A stretch of DNA of 63,987 bases, the filler included, from Licmophora abbreviata (lineage: Eukaryota), in NCBI GenBank assembly GCA_900291995.1. It is 17 parts of 17 records of this genome, joined end to end, with 100 filler letters (N's around TTAATTAATTAA, not from the genome) between each part and the next. Parts side by side here need not be neighbours in the genome. Positions count along the whole stretch, not along the records: positions 8,881 to 19,064 come from OLMU01005201.1; positions 19,165 to 21,550 come from OLMU01005202.1; positions 21,651 to 26,711 come from OLMU01005203.1; 14 more parts are not named here. One strand, 5' to 3'. The position numbers were made by a program, and so were the translations under genes. Shown in pieces: positions 12,144 to 24,329 of the stretch. Numbering within the stretch: the stretch's first letter is position 1; each line of letters opens with the position of its first letter. The notes beneath the pieces are model-generated. The model did not search any database. It was not told where the DNA came from and was given only the letters and a program-made list of their open reading frames with translations.

Positions 12144-13529
12144 ATGGCGGACCCTTCAATGACATGCGAGGCCTGCGGCTGGGCAGCTGCTGTCGTGTCT
12201 ATGCTCGCTTTTGGCAGTTTCGGAGCTCCCATTAAGAGCGACGCGGCTAAGAGCGTCAATGTTGACCCACTCGTCTTTCAAACTTACAAGAGCTTCATGT
12301 GCTTGGTCACTGCTCCGGTAGTGCTGTTGCTGGGGCATCCCTTTACATTTACTCCGTGGGGGATTGTATCAGGCCTGTTCTGGGTTCCTGGAGGGGTAGC
12401 GACAATCTATGCTATCAAAGGTGAGTTCGAGCCCTGTGTTACGTGAACTGGCGAGTGCTGGGTCGTCCATGCTATTGACTAGCTACTCAGGTGCCGACAC
12501 TTGCGTGTTCTGTTTGCCCGTGCTGCGTATAGCGGCAGGACTGGCGGTCGCGATTGGGGTCGGTTCATCGTTTATTGTCTTGGTCTCGTTCGTCTGGGGA
12601 ATCTTCATAATGGATGAATCAGTTCACTCGAAAATAGGGGCCTGTGTTGCCGTCTCGTTCATGATGCTGGGACTATCAGGCATGGCGTACTTCTCTTCCC
12701 CTCACATTGCCGAGCAGGTGCATTTTGTGGAAGATGATGATAGCTTGGAAGTGTCTGGGGAGAGAAACATTCAGCCCGAGGATACTAGTAGTACTACGGG
12801 TACGCGAGGGAAACGTGAAGATGGATATCAGGGTGTCGACGTCCGGGACGACACGGAACAGACGACGGGGCCGATGGAAATTGGACCTATCAGCTCCCCA
12901 GCCGATGTTATACACATTTGCGGATGTAAGATATCTCGAAGAGCTACTGGAATTGCTGCAGCAGTCTTTAATGGAGTTTGGGGTGGTAGCATCATGGTCC
13001 CAATGAAGTGGTCGTCGTGAGTTCGTTGCCCTCTTTCTACTAGTGTGGTGTTGTGGGTGTGCACAGATGATTGAAGAGCTAAACCCTGCTGGTTGTTTTG
13101 TTTTCGCGTAGCGGAAGTTCCAGTGGTATGGGATATGTCATCAGCTTTGCCATTGGTGCATGGACGATTACGATGGTCCTTTGGCTGTTTCGATATCTGT
13201 TTCTTGTTGCCCGCACTGGATCATTCTGTTTGGCTTACCAACGGTTGCCGTCGCTGCACGTTCGTGTCATGTGGCTGCCTGGAGGCACGTCTGGTACCCT
13301 GTGGAGCATTGGCAACCTCTTTTCCATGGTTTCGGTTCAGCACCTTGGTGAGGGTGTCGGCTACAGCGTCTGTCAAGCTGCGATGCTAATATCGGGGCTG
13401 TGGGGGATATTCTTCTTTGCTGAGGTGAGGGGGGCGGAGACAATCTCCCGATGGTTCGCCTCTGCGTTCCTGACAGTTTGCGGTATCCTGGTGCTCAGCT
13501 ACGAGCATCATGAAGGTTCCGGTAGATAG
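12144..13529 (+). CDS. TMEM144-like DMT-superfamily membrane transporter, copy 2 (2 introns)
   Basis: Tandem paralog of 10548-11924 with the same motifs and intron positions (AIK|A, KWS|S). Confidence 0.85.
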
Positions 13530-13642
13530 TATACAATCAATGTAGGAAAAGCTAGTTTTATAAGAGAGCTAGCTCATCGGCGATAGATTCGACGACGCAC
13601 TAGCGTCGTCGGTCGGCACTTTCGGATAGACCAACAGTGTCT

Positions 13643-15201
13643 TTACGCATTGTACGACGCCAATGCATCTGCCAACTTCTTCTTGGTATCTGCCAAGACG
13701 CTTCGATCTGCATCGTCCATCAGAACCATAGCATCGTGAGATTCATTCGGTTTAAAACCAACAGCCTGCAAGCATTGCCTGGCTCCGACGAAAGGCTTGA
13801 TCTTGGTTCGGAAAACTTTGTTCTCCATGTTGATAGTTCTGTACTTTTCTTCGTCCGGGTGGTCGACAACATTTCCAACATAGGCCAACATGATTTTGAG
13901 GCATTTGCCTCCATCCCCGCCCGCGCGATAAGATGCCACCTTTTGGATGTACTCGTCAATCTTAGCGGTCGAGACCTTTGGTTTCTTGTGTTCATGATGA
14001 GCGTGTCCCTCTCCAGTGTCATACTGAATTGCGCTTGGGTTGTATCCGTCCACGCCCAGCGTACTTTGAAGCTTGCCGCCATGAGATTTCCGTTCAGCCT
14101 TATCCTTGGCGAGTTCTGCTCGAATACGTTCGCGCTCTCGCTTGAACGCCTCCTTTTCCTTGCGTCGGGCGATCGCATCCCGCTTGCGCTGATCGATGTC
14201 CATCTGCTCTTTGGTCTTGGTCATTTCCTTCGCCATGAAACGTCGCTGCTTCTCGCGTTCAACATTGTCGACTTTCTCCTGTTCTTCCCGCTCTGATCGC
14301 TTCGCCTTTAACAACTCCTTAATTTCCGCAATCTTGATTGCCTTCTCTTCTTCCGTGAGCGGTATGACGGCTGCCGTCGACTCTTGAAAGTCCGCGTGGC
14401 CTGTCTTGTTAGCATGGAGTTCGAGGTTGGCCATATTGCTGAGGGTCTTACCACAGTCATTGCATTGGTAGGACTGCGCCTTCGCTGGTAGCTCGGCTGG
14501 AATGGGTTCGTCAATATCGTCGTCATCTTGATGCTGCATGATCCACTCAATCGCACCGTCGAGTGTTCCCCCGTTCCCGTACAGAAGGCCTTTCTGCGCA
14601 CGCAGTTCAGAGAAGCCCATACTCTCGGTCAACGTCTCGAGCGCTGTCTTATCAAGATTGGCAGTAGGATCCTGGGCCACCTCCTCTTTTTCTTCGGCAT
14701 CCGTCATTTCCACGTCCTTCGTTTCGACTGGCGCCTCGACTGGCGTGGGTTCGGGAGCAGGCACTGACGCCGCCGGGGCGCCCAGTTTCGCGAGGCGCTG
14801 CGCTCTAGCCTCGGCGGGTGTCAGTGCCGCTGCTCTCCCCCGAGACTCTGGCCCGCCGAGAGATCCGCCTGGCAGCCTGCTTGCTGGATCATGGAGCTGA
14901 CACCGTCCAGGTTGACTCCTTCAATTCGATTGACAGGAGTCTGGTTTTGAAAAAGCACGTACGTCGGAAACGCACGGACCTGGTAGTTGTGGATCGCGTC
15001 TCCGAGATTGTGTTCGTAGACAATGCCAAAAGCCACGTTCATAGTGACATCCTGCGCGTACTTGCTTGCCATTTCCTCCAACTGCGGTTTGGACCGCGTA
15101 CAGGGACCGCACCAGGTGGCGGAGAAGCACACGAGAGCGTTCTTGTTTGACTGCAAGAACGATTGCAAGGCATCGGCGGATTCGAGTTCATGGAGCGACA
15201 T
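13643..15201 (-). CDS. Thioredoxin-UBA-C2H2 zinc finger-coiled coil-PUB domain protein (one probable sequencing frameshift near 14837-14841)
   Basis: WCGPC thioredoxin; ESMGFSELRAQKGL UBA; CNDC...HANKTGH zinc finger; YVGNVVDHPDEEKYRTIN...AVGF PUB. Adding 1 nt in the G-run joins the two ORFs (GQSLGG-AAALTPAEARAQRLAKLG). Confidence 0.85.
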
Positions 15202-15607
15202 CTTCGTTTCTCGTTTAGAAGAATGGAGTAAGTCGAAATCAGGGTGGACAATCAATGATGGATCGATCGACAGACAGTTCACGTTGACTCCACAGCTGGC
15301 TTCACATCCATGAAATGCCGAAGCTCGTCGAAGTTTCAAATTGCTAGAATTTCTATTCGACTACGCAAATATATCATCAATACGTTTTTACTGTTCCACC
15401 CTTAAATAGAATCGTTGCGATTTACGTATTCATGAATCCTAATGCCACTGTACGGTTGATGTATCGTGCGAACCGATGATCTACTATTCGTAGTAATCTC
15501 ATAACGGTGTGAATGATACTTTGGGTAGTCGTTCCCTTCGTCCTAACGAGCACCCGGTATCGTACATTATATAGGTCCGCTAGGTTCAAACTACTCCGAG
15601 TATGTTG

Positions 15608-16851
15608 CTAAGCATTTCTAGCCATGAAAGCTTCAGAGAGGCGCTTTCGTTGTTCGCCACCACGCGTGCCTTCAGAGGCACGCACGCCAGGAAGAAAGCC
15701 GTAATTGAGTAGCAACTCCAAGTCCGTCTTGGGGCCATAGTTGACATACAATTGAGTTTCCCCTCCCTCCTCCTTTACCAGACACTTGGGACCAATTCTC
15801 AGGGACATGGTCCCCTTCAAAGGATCGTACTCGATCGTACTGTCTGCACTTTGCAAGTGATTGGCGGAGTCTATGAATGGCAAGAGCACGGCATCCCCTT
15901 GGTTATTGTCCAAGAGATTGAGCAGCGCTGGAGCTCCTGCAATGAGTCCGAGACCCAGTAAGACGACATCGGAAGGATCAGGATTGTCATACAAGAATGC
16001 CCACCCAACAATCGCCGCAAGTACAGGCGCTGCCACTGATCCCACACTCAAGCCGCCCACTCCACTGAAATCGCCACAGAACGCTCTCGAGTGAACTGCC
16101 TCCATGGCCCATTGAAACTCGTTCCAACTCATGTTGCGCGCTCTGCTAAATTTGTCCCGCCACTGCTGCTCTTGTGCTATTTGCGTATCCAGTAACTTCT
16201 TTCCTGCCACTGATGATTCCAGCATGCTTTTCTGTTCCTCCGACCAATGGCGCAAGGCGTCTGGCGCAGTACTAGGAGGGAGAATTGAATCTGGCACCGG
16301 AAGAGGCGTTCCATGAGCCAGTAGCGCGCAGTATCTGTCGCCAATGGAACCACAGATGCTGATTAGACAAGGCTTGTGAGGCGATGGACGACGACACTGG
16401 GGAAAGCTTACCCATATACCTCGCTCTTCTTTCCTTTCTGAAACTCATCCCATAGTTGTTGTGCTAGTTGGACGTCCCAGTCTGGGTCAGAATAGGATGC
16501 CTTCAGGATAAACTCGCGTGGTACGCTGCACACTGACACTGATTGCTCGTCAAGGTCACGTTCATCCGTGTATGTCAGGCCTCTCAGTGAGTCAAAGGCC
16601 ATATGCTGCACGGAAGGAAGACAGAAGGCGTCAGGGGATGCAGCGAACCACGCGTCAAACTCATTCACGCCCCCCAGAACATCAGTTTCGGGTTCGGAGA
16701 TCGAAGCTGGGTGCCGCGTTTGGAGATCGAGGTGCCGAGTAGATCGCGTTCGAGTCGCCACCGTCGGCGGAGCGACCCAGGCCCCAGTTTCTAGTAGGGT
16801 TCCGAGCGCTAAAAGGCACAAGAACATGAATCGTCGTCTCATAATGGACAT
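15608..16851 (-). CDS. SET-domain (Rubisco LSMT-like) methyltransferase with signal/transit peptide
   Basis: Intron 16411-16335. Motifs FQWAMEAVHSRAF, LLPFIDSANH and YVNYGPKTDLELLLNYGF. Confidence 0.85.
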
Positions 16852-17405
16852 AAGGTAGTAGCAAGCACAAGCGTCGCCATCAACTGGATAGACTGAAGTC
16901 AGCCCAAGGTGTTGTTGGTGCTGTTGCTTAGCCCATCACCCATCACTCACATCACACCGACTGTGTCGCCGGCTGTGTCGATCACCGCGTCATCGACGGT
17001 CCGAGAGGGAATCCGGAGTTTGATTTGAAGACAGGATCACACGTCATGAACATTCATCGACACCAACAAATCATCCGTCTCTTCTATGGCCTTACCTGGT
17101 CAGCCCTCATTCATTGCCGGGGAAGCTCCTTGTTTTCTTTCTAGTAAACTAGCAGTACTTATCCAATTTTCTAGTTCTTAGCTCTATAGAAGCATAGCAT
17201 ATTCAGAATGAAACACAGACGAGCCAGAGGCAACCTGGTCGGAGTCCAGTATGACGGTCCAGATACATCTACGAGTAGTCTCGTGGCCATTTCTAGTCCA
17301 GTAGCTGATTTTGGAAATGTGACCCGGGTGCGCCCGTGTTCACAAATCTAGCGTCGACTGTGAGATGGGAAGCTTCCGGTTTCTGTTCGGCCCCTGTCTC
17401 GTCGA

Positions 17406-18105
17406 TCATGGGTCCGAGCTCCCCGGCGCAACATAGTCATTCGACCTCATACTTATGTAAGTTTGCCAGGCTGCCTCCATCAACGACGTCGTTGCGGGAC
17501 GAATGTACACTGGAATCACAGAAAAGGCAATCAAATTGTAGGCATCCAGACGCGAGCATCGTTGAGGGTGACAATGGGCATTTCCTGTACAACGTGACTC
17601 GAGACATCTTCGGGTGTTCGTCCGATGAGGAGTCCTCTGCATACGATGCTGACAGAGTTAACAAAGATTCCGACAGTAGCGATCTCCAACATTGACTTCT
17701 TCAAGACAGAAGAAAAATCGACGCCTGTCCAAATACGGTCCAGTCTGGCATATGCGAACGGATAGACAAAGCCCCCAAATAGGATGCCAATGGCTGCAGC
17801 CGATAGAAGACGGCGGTTGTCCACAACGCTACTGACTCCTCTATTTTCAGTGGAGGCGTCTATAGCTAGCGAGAAGGGCTGGTCGCTCTCGATCCCCTGG
17901 CAAACAAAGACGTTGGATACAGTTAGCTAGCTACAGGTATGCACGAGCGAGGTTGCGACAAGAGCGACGAGATTGATCATTTCCCGTATCCAGCACATAC
18001 CTGAGCCAAACAATCTGAGGCACCAAATAACGTCGCACCGGTTACCCCGTTGAATATGCCTGGCCTCGCCCGTATGGCTGAGAGTACGGTGCGAAAGACC
18101 GTCAT
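17406..18105 (-). CDS. Mpv17/PMP22 family membrane protein (intron; probable 1-nt error near 17541)
   Basis: TGATLFGASDCLAQ, DNRRL, and VWMP(Y)NLIAFSVIPVYIRP...WQTYIS after a +1 correction. Confidence 0.8.
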
Positions 18106-18289
18106 GGTGTCATGGTCAGATGATGATGAACTCAAGCAGTTGACATCTCTGTCGAAAATGCAGAATACGGTCGACGGGAGGACGAGAAAAGAGTTGGCGC
18201 CAAAAAAGAAAAGAGTCTCGCGCGGCGCTTTCGGCGACGGCTGCACATTCTTGGGACTACGAGTATACTGCTTGTGCGTTGCGACGACC

Positions 18290-19571
18290 ATGGCTACCCG
18301 TCCTGCTGGGGACGATGTTCGATCTAATGAGCCCATAGTCCAGGTAGTGGCGTGCGGGTATCGCTCGATCGCGAGTTCCAAGACAGACTTGACCTTTCCG
18401 GCGTGGTTGGTCCGGTTGCCCGATGATGCCTCTCCCAGACCTAGCCGATTGGAGAACTGCTACTGGTGGCGGTCCAAACGTGACTTTCTACTCTTGGGGC
18501 GTGCTGCGAAGCGGGCAGGGTGTAAACGATCTCTTCCCAAGTCAGCCATGGAAAAGCTTTCTCAGCGTGCTCCGTGGAGACGACCAGAGGCCGAGACACA
18601 AGGGACGAGTCTGATCGATGCTACTAGTAGCTCCCGGAATCACTATCATGTGTCAATGACGAAAAGCCTTTCCCATATGGACTATTTCCTGAGGGAAGTC
18701 GAGAATCGATGCTTATCGCTCAACGGCGAAACTTCCCTTACAGTCGCATGGCGCATCTTTTGTCGAGCAACCGACACGACTGGTTTGACTGCTGATGATG
18801 TGGAGTCAGTTGCCGCCGCTGCAGCTGTTCCTAGTCTGCAGGAGTCGTCTCGGTTGGGACAGTACTTTTGTACACCAGAGAATGCAAGACAATTGGTATC
18901 GCTGATAAAAGACTGGATAAAGAGACAGACGCTGACCAAGGATTTGCTCTTTCTAGAGCCTAGTTGCGGACACGGGGATGTTGTGAAGGAACTGTTGAAA
19001 CATGAGAACATCGACTCAACGATTTCCAACTCAACCGTGGTTTGCTACGACGTAGATTCGAAGGNNNNNNNNNNNNNNNNNNNNNNNNNNNNNNNNNNNN
19101 NNNNNNNNTTAATTAATTAANNNNNNNNNNNNNNNNNNNNNNNNNNNNNNNNNNNNNNNNNNNNCTATCGAGCACTGTAGAAAATGGGATAGTGCCGGCC
19201 GGGCACAATGGAGGCTGGGTGACTTTCTGTCGTCGACACCGTCCGACTCGGAACGGCAGTCGACCGTAGTTGTGCTGGGCGGGCCACCGTACACATCTGG
19301 AGCAGGGAGCGGAGCGGCAATGCGAAGAGATCTGCCCCAGTCCTTCTTGTCCCATTGCGCGAATGTTTGGAATGCGGGGCTCATTGGTTTTCTCCTGCCG
19401 GACAGATACCGTAGGGCATCTCTTGCAGTACCCCCAGATTGGCGTTGCCAGACGCACTCCTTGGATTCGTCAACATTCTTTCTGCAGGGACGAATCAAGG
19501 TCGTGCAGCCTTCTGTACTTCAGATGTTCTGTCGACAAGATGACTCGAAGGCAGGAAAGAATCCTGGGTGA
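18290..19571 (+). CDS. SAM-dependent amino-methyltransferase-like protein (N6-MTase/gamma-type motif order), split by gap
   Basis: LGQYFCTP, FLEPSCGHG and CYDVD before the gap; GDFL, VVLGGPPY and FLLP after it. Confidence 0.7.
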
Positions 19572-19671
19572 TAAGGATAGAGTCAGATACACGACACGGA
19601 AATTCGAATCGCCTAGCTCGCTTCCTTGCGGCATTGCAATATAATGAGATCTCGTTTATCTCGTTTTAGGT

Positions 19672-20975
19672 CTACAAGTCCTCCACTCCCCTGGGCCTCG
19701 CGCGACCACGACGGCGCCCCCGTGCCTGCTGGTACTCCGTTGAGGAAGACATCTTGACGTCCAGGACTCGCACTTTCTCTGCCAACTTCATCAAGCTATC
19801 CAGTCCCTTGGTGTGATCAAATTCCATTGAGACGGTGCGTTCCAACAAGACCATGCCATCCGGCTCAATCGTAGCTTTCAAATGTTCGACTTGAGAAAGC
19901 AACGTCGGAATCTGTTCGGCGGGTACTTTTAGATCCTTGGAAAGCTGTGCCACTGGAACGATACTATATATATTCGCCAAATGAAGCACTCGACGATGCA
20001 GCAGTACAACAGCGATGCGTTCCACCATGCCTGTATTGCCATCTTCCTGAAAGACGGCGTGGTATGTTGTGCGCAGCGCAGCAAACGCGTCGGTTTGTGT
20101 CGTACACGCCTTGACGAGATTCAGATAGACACAAATGTGTTGGTCATCACCTTCGCTCTCGGCGGGGGAGGTGACAAATCGGCTGACCGATGAGCTTGTT
20201 GACGCAGGAATTGAAACAGAGCGACCCAGCAGACATTGACACAGCGTCAGTTTCTTCCAGGCAGCCACGGATATGGAGCTAACTTCCTCGACAGGAACAG
20301 AAAGGACAGTCCAAAAAGATCGAATCGCGAGTTGCCATTCTTCACATCCCATGTGTAGCAGCCCTCGTTGATAGTAGTATCGTAAAGTGGTCAATTCAAC
20401 AAAGGTCGCCGAGCCTTTCATAGGACGAGGCCACTCGTCGCCTACTGCTCGACGTGCATACCGATATTGTGCCGCCAAAATACTACATTGCAAGAACTCC
20501 ACATGAGCAGGCGTTAAAACGCCTGGTGATGGCTTCATCCAGCCATGCAGTGCAGTCAGGATTCCCGACTGGGATATATCAGATCGATATGCACAGTTGG
20601 TCGCCGCGGTGCCAACAGCCTAGAGGATAGGATGACAGAGAAGAGGAAGAAAGGATAAAATATGTCCGTCAGGACAAAAAAGAAGAGCTCAGAACGAGAC
20701 TGTAGCACGTAGTCGTTGCAGGCGTACCTCCACAATCTCGAGACGTCCCCTTGGCTGAAGGGCCGCAATACCAGGCTCTGCCAAAGGCATGTGTCTGGCA
20801 GCTGCAGCAAGATACAGCGCTGCCACCCGAGGATCCGACTGTTCCTGCACATATGCGGCTGTGGGCCCGAACAGCTTCGTCAGCATCGCAAGCGACGGAC
20901 CTGCGGACGCGAGGTGCGTTAGAAAGGCGATGGGGTCATCGGAAATGGAGGGTAGGGCGGCAGCTTATCGGCCAT
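19672..20975 (-). CDS. CSN3: COP9 signalosome subunit 3-like (intron; probable 1-nt error near 20955)
   Basis: LTPAH, LRYYY.RG, VSSISVAAWKK, FQEDGNTGMV and a PCI-like C-terminus. Confidence 0.8.
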
Positions 20976-21205
20976 GGTCAAGTCGTTGCCATTGCGATTT
21001 TTGATTTTTGGGAACTTCCGAAGGATCCAACACCGCACGCTCAAAGACCGTGAGATGAGCGCGCGCGATGCCAGCTCACAAAACTCGAAGAACGTCATTG
21101 CAGTGCCCTTGATGAGAACATGGCCTCTGCTTTGCTTCACATTGACAGGACGGCCAGCGATTTCAGATTCATTCTGTCCCCGTCCTTGCATAGCTTAGTG
21201 TTACC

Positions 21206-22991
21206 ATGCCGTCAACGCGTCGACAGAAAGCCACGTTTGGAGAGCAAGAAGAGAAGAATGCTGGAGAACTAGAACAGTTGAAACTGACGCCGACGACACT
21301 CCCGTCAAGAGGCAGTGGCAGCTCGATGGGGTCGTCTACGAGACTTACACTGACTTTGTGGCTGCCAAGCGGGCACGAAATCAGCAACAGCTGCGCAATA
21401 TTGGTCTGATCAAAGCGGTGGACGACCTGCGCGATGCTGCCGCCACCAAGAAGGCGTCTCAACGAGGCATTGCACGCAAGCGCAAGGGGGAACCTGCTGT
21501 CCCCCTGACACGTCGCAAGTCCAATCGACTGGCTGGCGTTCATGCGGACGNNNNNNNNNNNNNNNNNNNNNNNNNNNNNNNNNNNNNNNNNNNNTTAATT
21601 AATTAANNNNNNNNNNNNNNNNNNNNNNNNNNNNNNNNNNNNNNNNNNNNAGTAGTGGAAAGTTTGTCATTGGAGGCCGGGCGACAGCAGCAAACACCCC
21701 GAATGACAACGGCGAAGAACGAGAGTCTGCTGCTCCCGATCATTTTAACGATCGAGTCAATGACGGATCAGGCCTCTCCATCACGCAGGCCGTCGAACTT
21801 TCAGGACCCAAGTGGATCGATGAAGGCTCTTCTGGCAGGGCAGAAAAGTTTGTGAGCGAAGATCTCATCGTCACCAAGAACCGTGCTGTCAAGAGCCCGA
21901 CGTCAGTTGCTCACTGTGTCGATTTCGACTCGAAGGTTGGACAACTCTCGATAGACGATCCTGGTCTTGTTGCCAAAGTCACCCCTGAACGAATCTATTC
22001 TGTGGCCTGTCATCCTTCGGCCGAATCTTTGATTGTCTGTGCTGGTGACAAATTAGGTCATGTTGGGATGTGGAACGTTGACGACCGCTCCGACGACCAT
22101 GATGGGGTTCATCTCTTTCGCGTTCACACGCGGCCTGTCACATGCTTGGCGTGGACACCTACTGGAAGCTCTCTACTCTCATCAAGCTACGATGGCTCCG
22201 TCCGCTGGTTGGACACAGAATCCCAGACGTTCTCACAGATCTTTGCGACCTTTGACGACTCGGTTACCTATCGCAACGAGCTTGGCCGAGGCTTCGACGG
22301 AGGCTACAAGGATTGGGTACAGTACGTAACTCCCGACCATCGGAACGCATCTGAAAAGTGCTTCTTTATGTCAACCTCGACGGGAATGGCGACGCACGTT
22401 GATCTTCGTGCTGGGAAGGGAAAAGTGACCTTCCACGAACAGCTCAGCGAAAAGAAGATCAATACTCTCAGCCTTCACTGCAATGGAAATACGCTGGCTT
22501 CAGCTGGTCTAGACTGTGCAGTCCGCCTTTGGGATATTCGTAAGTTTGGTGACAGCCGACTCGGAAAGCACCAGCCACCGAAAGCTTTTGCATCACAGCA
22601 GGCAACGAAGTCTATCAACAGCGCATTTTTCTCTCCGAGTGGGTCACGACTTCTGTCGACCACTATGGCGGACTCCTTAGACCTGACAAACAACCCCCAC
22701 TTGGCCAAGAACACTTTCAAACCAACCCGTCGCATTCGGCACGACAACCGTACTGGGCGCTGGCTCAGCACGTTCATGGCTCAGTGGCATCCCCAGCAAG
22801 ACATGTTCGTCTCTGGGTCCATGCAGCGACCTCGAGCGATCGATGTCTTTGATGGAGACGGAATCCGATTGCGTGCCATCCAAGGCGAGGCGCTCACTGC
22901 CGTGGCCAGTCGGTGCTGCTTTCATCCGTCTTCAGAGCGGCTAGTTATTGTCGGCGGCAACTCCAGTGGCCGCCTTTCGGTTTGCCGGTAA
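21206..22991 (+). CDS. WDR76: WD40 protein WDR76/Cmr1-like (gap and one probable 1-nt error near 21268)
   Basis: KVTPERIYSVACHP, AGDKLGHVGMW, INSAFFSPSG and HDNRTGRWLSTF; the N-terminus has RARNQQQLRNIGL and RRKSNRLAG. Confidence 0.88.
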
Positions 22992-23227
22992 ATGTGGATG
23001 GAAGGGATAGTGGTGCACATAACAAGGACGAGTCGATGTAACGACAAGAGGCACTTTGGGGGAATTTAAGGAGCTTGTGGTGACTATAGAACTTTCTCTG
23101 CTGATACCTTGTCTAAATCAAATGTGATACCGGTAGTCATGCATCGAGCGTTCCAATCTGCCATGACCCAACCATCCACGTCGATCACGTCGACTTACTT
23201 AGCCAATCAACCATCAGTTCCAGACAT

Positions 23228-23881
23228 CTAAGGTGAGCAGGACGACTTGAGGTAGGCAATTAGGTCCTTGCGCTCCTGCGGTTTCTTAATGCCTGCGAAC
23301 ACCATTTTCGTTCCCTGGGGGTCGATCGAGAATAGGAGTTCAACAATGACTTTGTAGTTAGTTGGGAGGTTTCGACCGCCAAGCTGAAAATTGTCGTCGT
23401 CCTAATACCGCGTCGTCGTCCGGGTAAGTTCTCGGGTTCGCCGCTTACTAAGCAGCCCCCTCGAGTCGATGCCGTCCACGTAAATCCTTTCTAATAAGAT
23501 AGGAACAGACTCGACACAGCGACTCGACTCGACTCGACTCCCGTTGCTTCGCAGTCTGCGGTGGCACCGTCGGTACAGTTCCACACTTCCGTATCCCCAA
23601 AAGTCGACATTGAGGTCATGGCCGTTACTCACCTTGATGTACTTCTTCGGGTTCTCAAGGTAGTCAAAGAGGGTGTCCTCTCCCCACATGATCCCGGACT
23701 TCTTGTTGGCAGACGAGTACGAGTATCCGTCAGCCTGTCCACTCTGTCGTCCAAAGAAGCCGTAGAGATTTGGTCCCTGCTTGTGCGCGCCACCCTGCTC
23801 GACAGTGTGGCACTGCGAGCACTTGGTCTTGAAGACCTTGGCTCCCTTCTTCTCGTCACCGGGCTTTGCTTTCTTCGCCAT
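23228..23881 (-). CDS. CYCS: Mitochondrial cytochrome c
   Basis: Exons 23881-23633 and 23314-23228. CSQCHT heme motif, KQGPNL, and [21 protein letters not shown]. Confidence 0.97.
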
Positions 23882-24329
23882 GGTCTATTCCTGCTGCAAG
23901 TTCAACCGTTGATCGGAGGATTGTGGGCGAAGAGGGAATGAACCTTCGCTTTCGATGAGGTGGTTGCATTGACTGTAGAATTTGTACCGGTACCTACAGA
24001 GGCGAACAAAAAGTGTGGAAGCGAACCTCGAACCCCGCAGACCACACAACACGCAACGACCTTCTTGCGTAGACACAGTACAAGCTCAACGTGCGATTGA
24101 AGATGACGAAGTCACATCAATAGCTGGAATCAGGAATCAGGAGTCACAGAAATGATTTCCGTCTCGTACTTTCACTCAGGGGGGTTACCTTCCTCAGTCA
24201 TGCCGCCGAGGAGCTGGAGCCACAACACAAAGTCAGGTGCCCTATTCGATTCCCTCGCCTGCAATCTCCGCATGAAACTTCAATGTCAGCATGACTTTCA
24301 CTCCAACCTTCTCCGCAAGTGCCTCAAGC

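Noticed and set aside
13590..13611. 9-bp hairpin between convergent genes as a terminator
   Set aside because: No U-tract and a eukaryotic Pol II context; could be chance.
13637..14296. Long antisense ORFs (also 2-496 and 37459-38196)
   Set aside because: Shadows of well-supported genes on the opposite strand, with no motifs of their own.
20975..21206. Functional clustering of CSN3 and WDR76 (both cullin-ligase related)
   Set aside because: Head-to-head pairs are common in this compact genome; no evidence beyond adjacency.
14821..21290. Programmed frameshifting or pseudogenisation in Trx-PUB, Mpv17, CSN3 and WDR76
   Set aside because: Each break is a single missing base in a short homopolymer within an otherwise intact gene, matching the error pattern seen in the contig overlaps.
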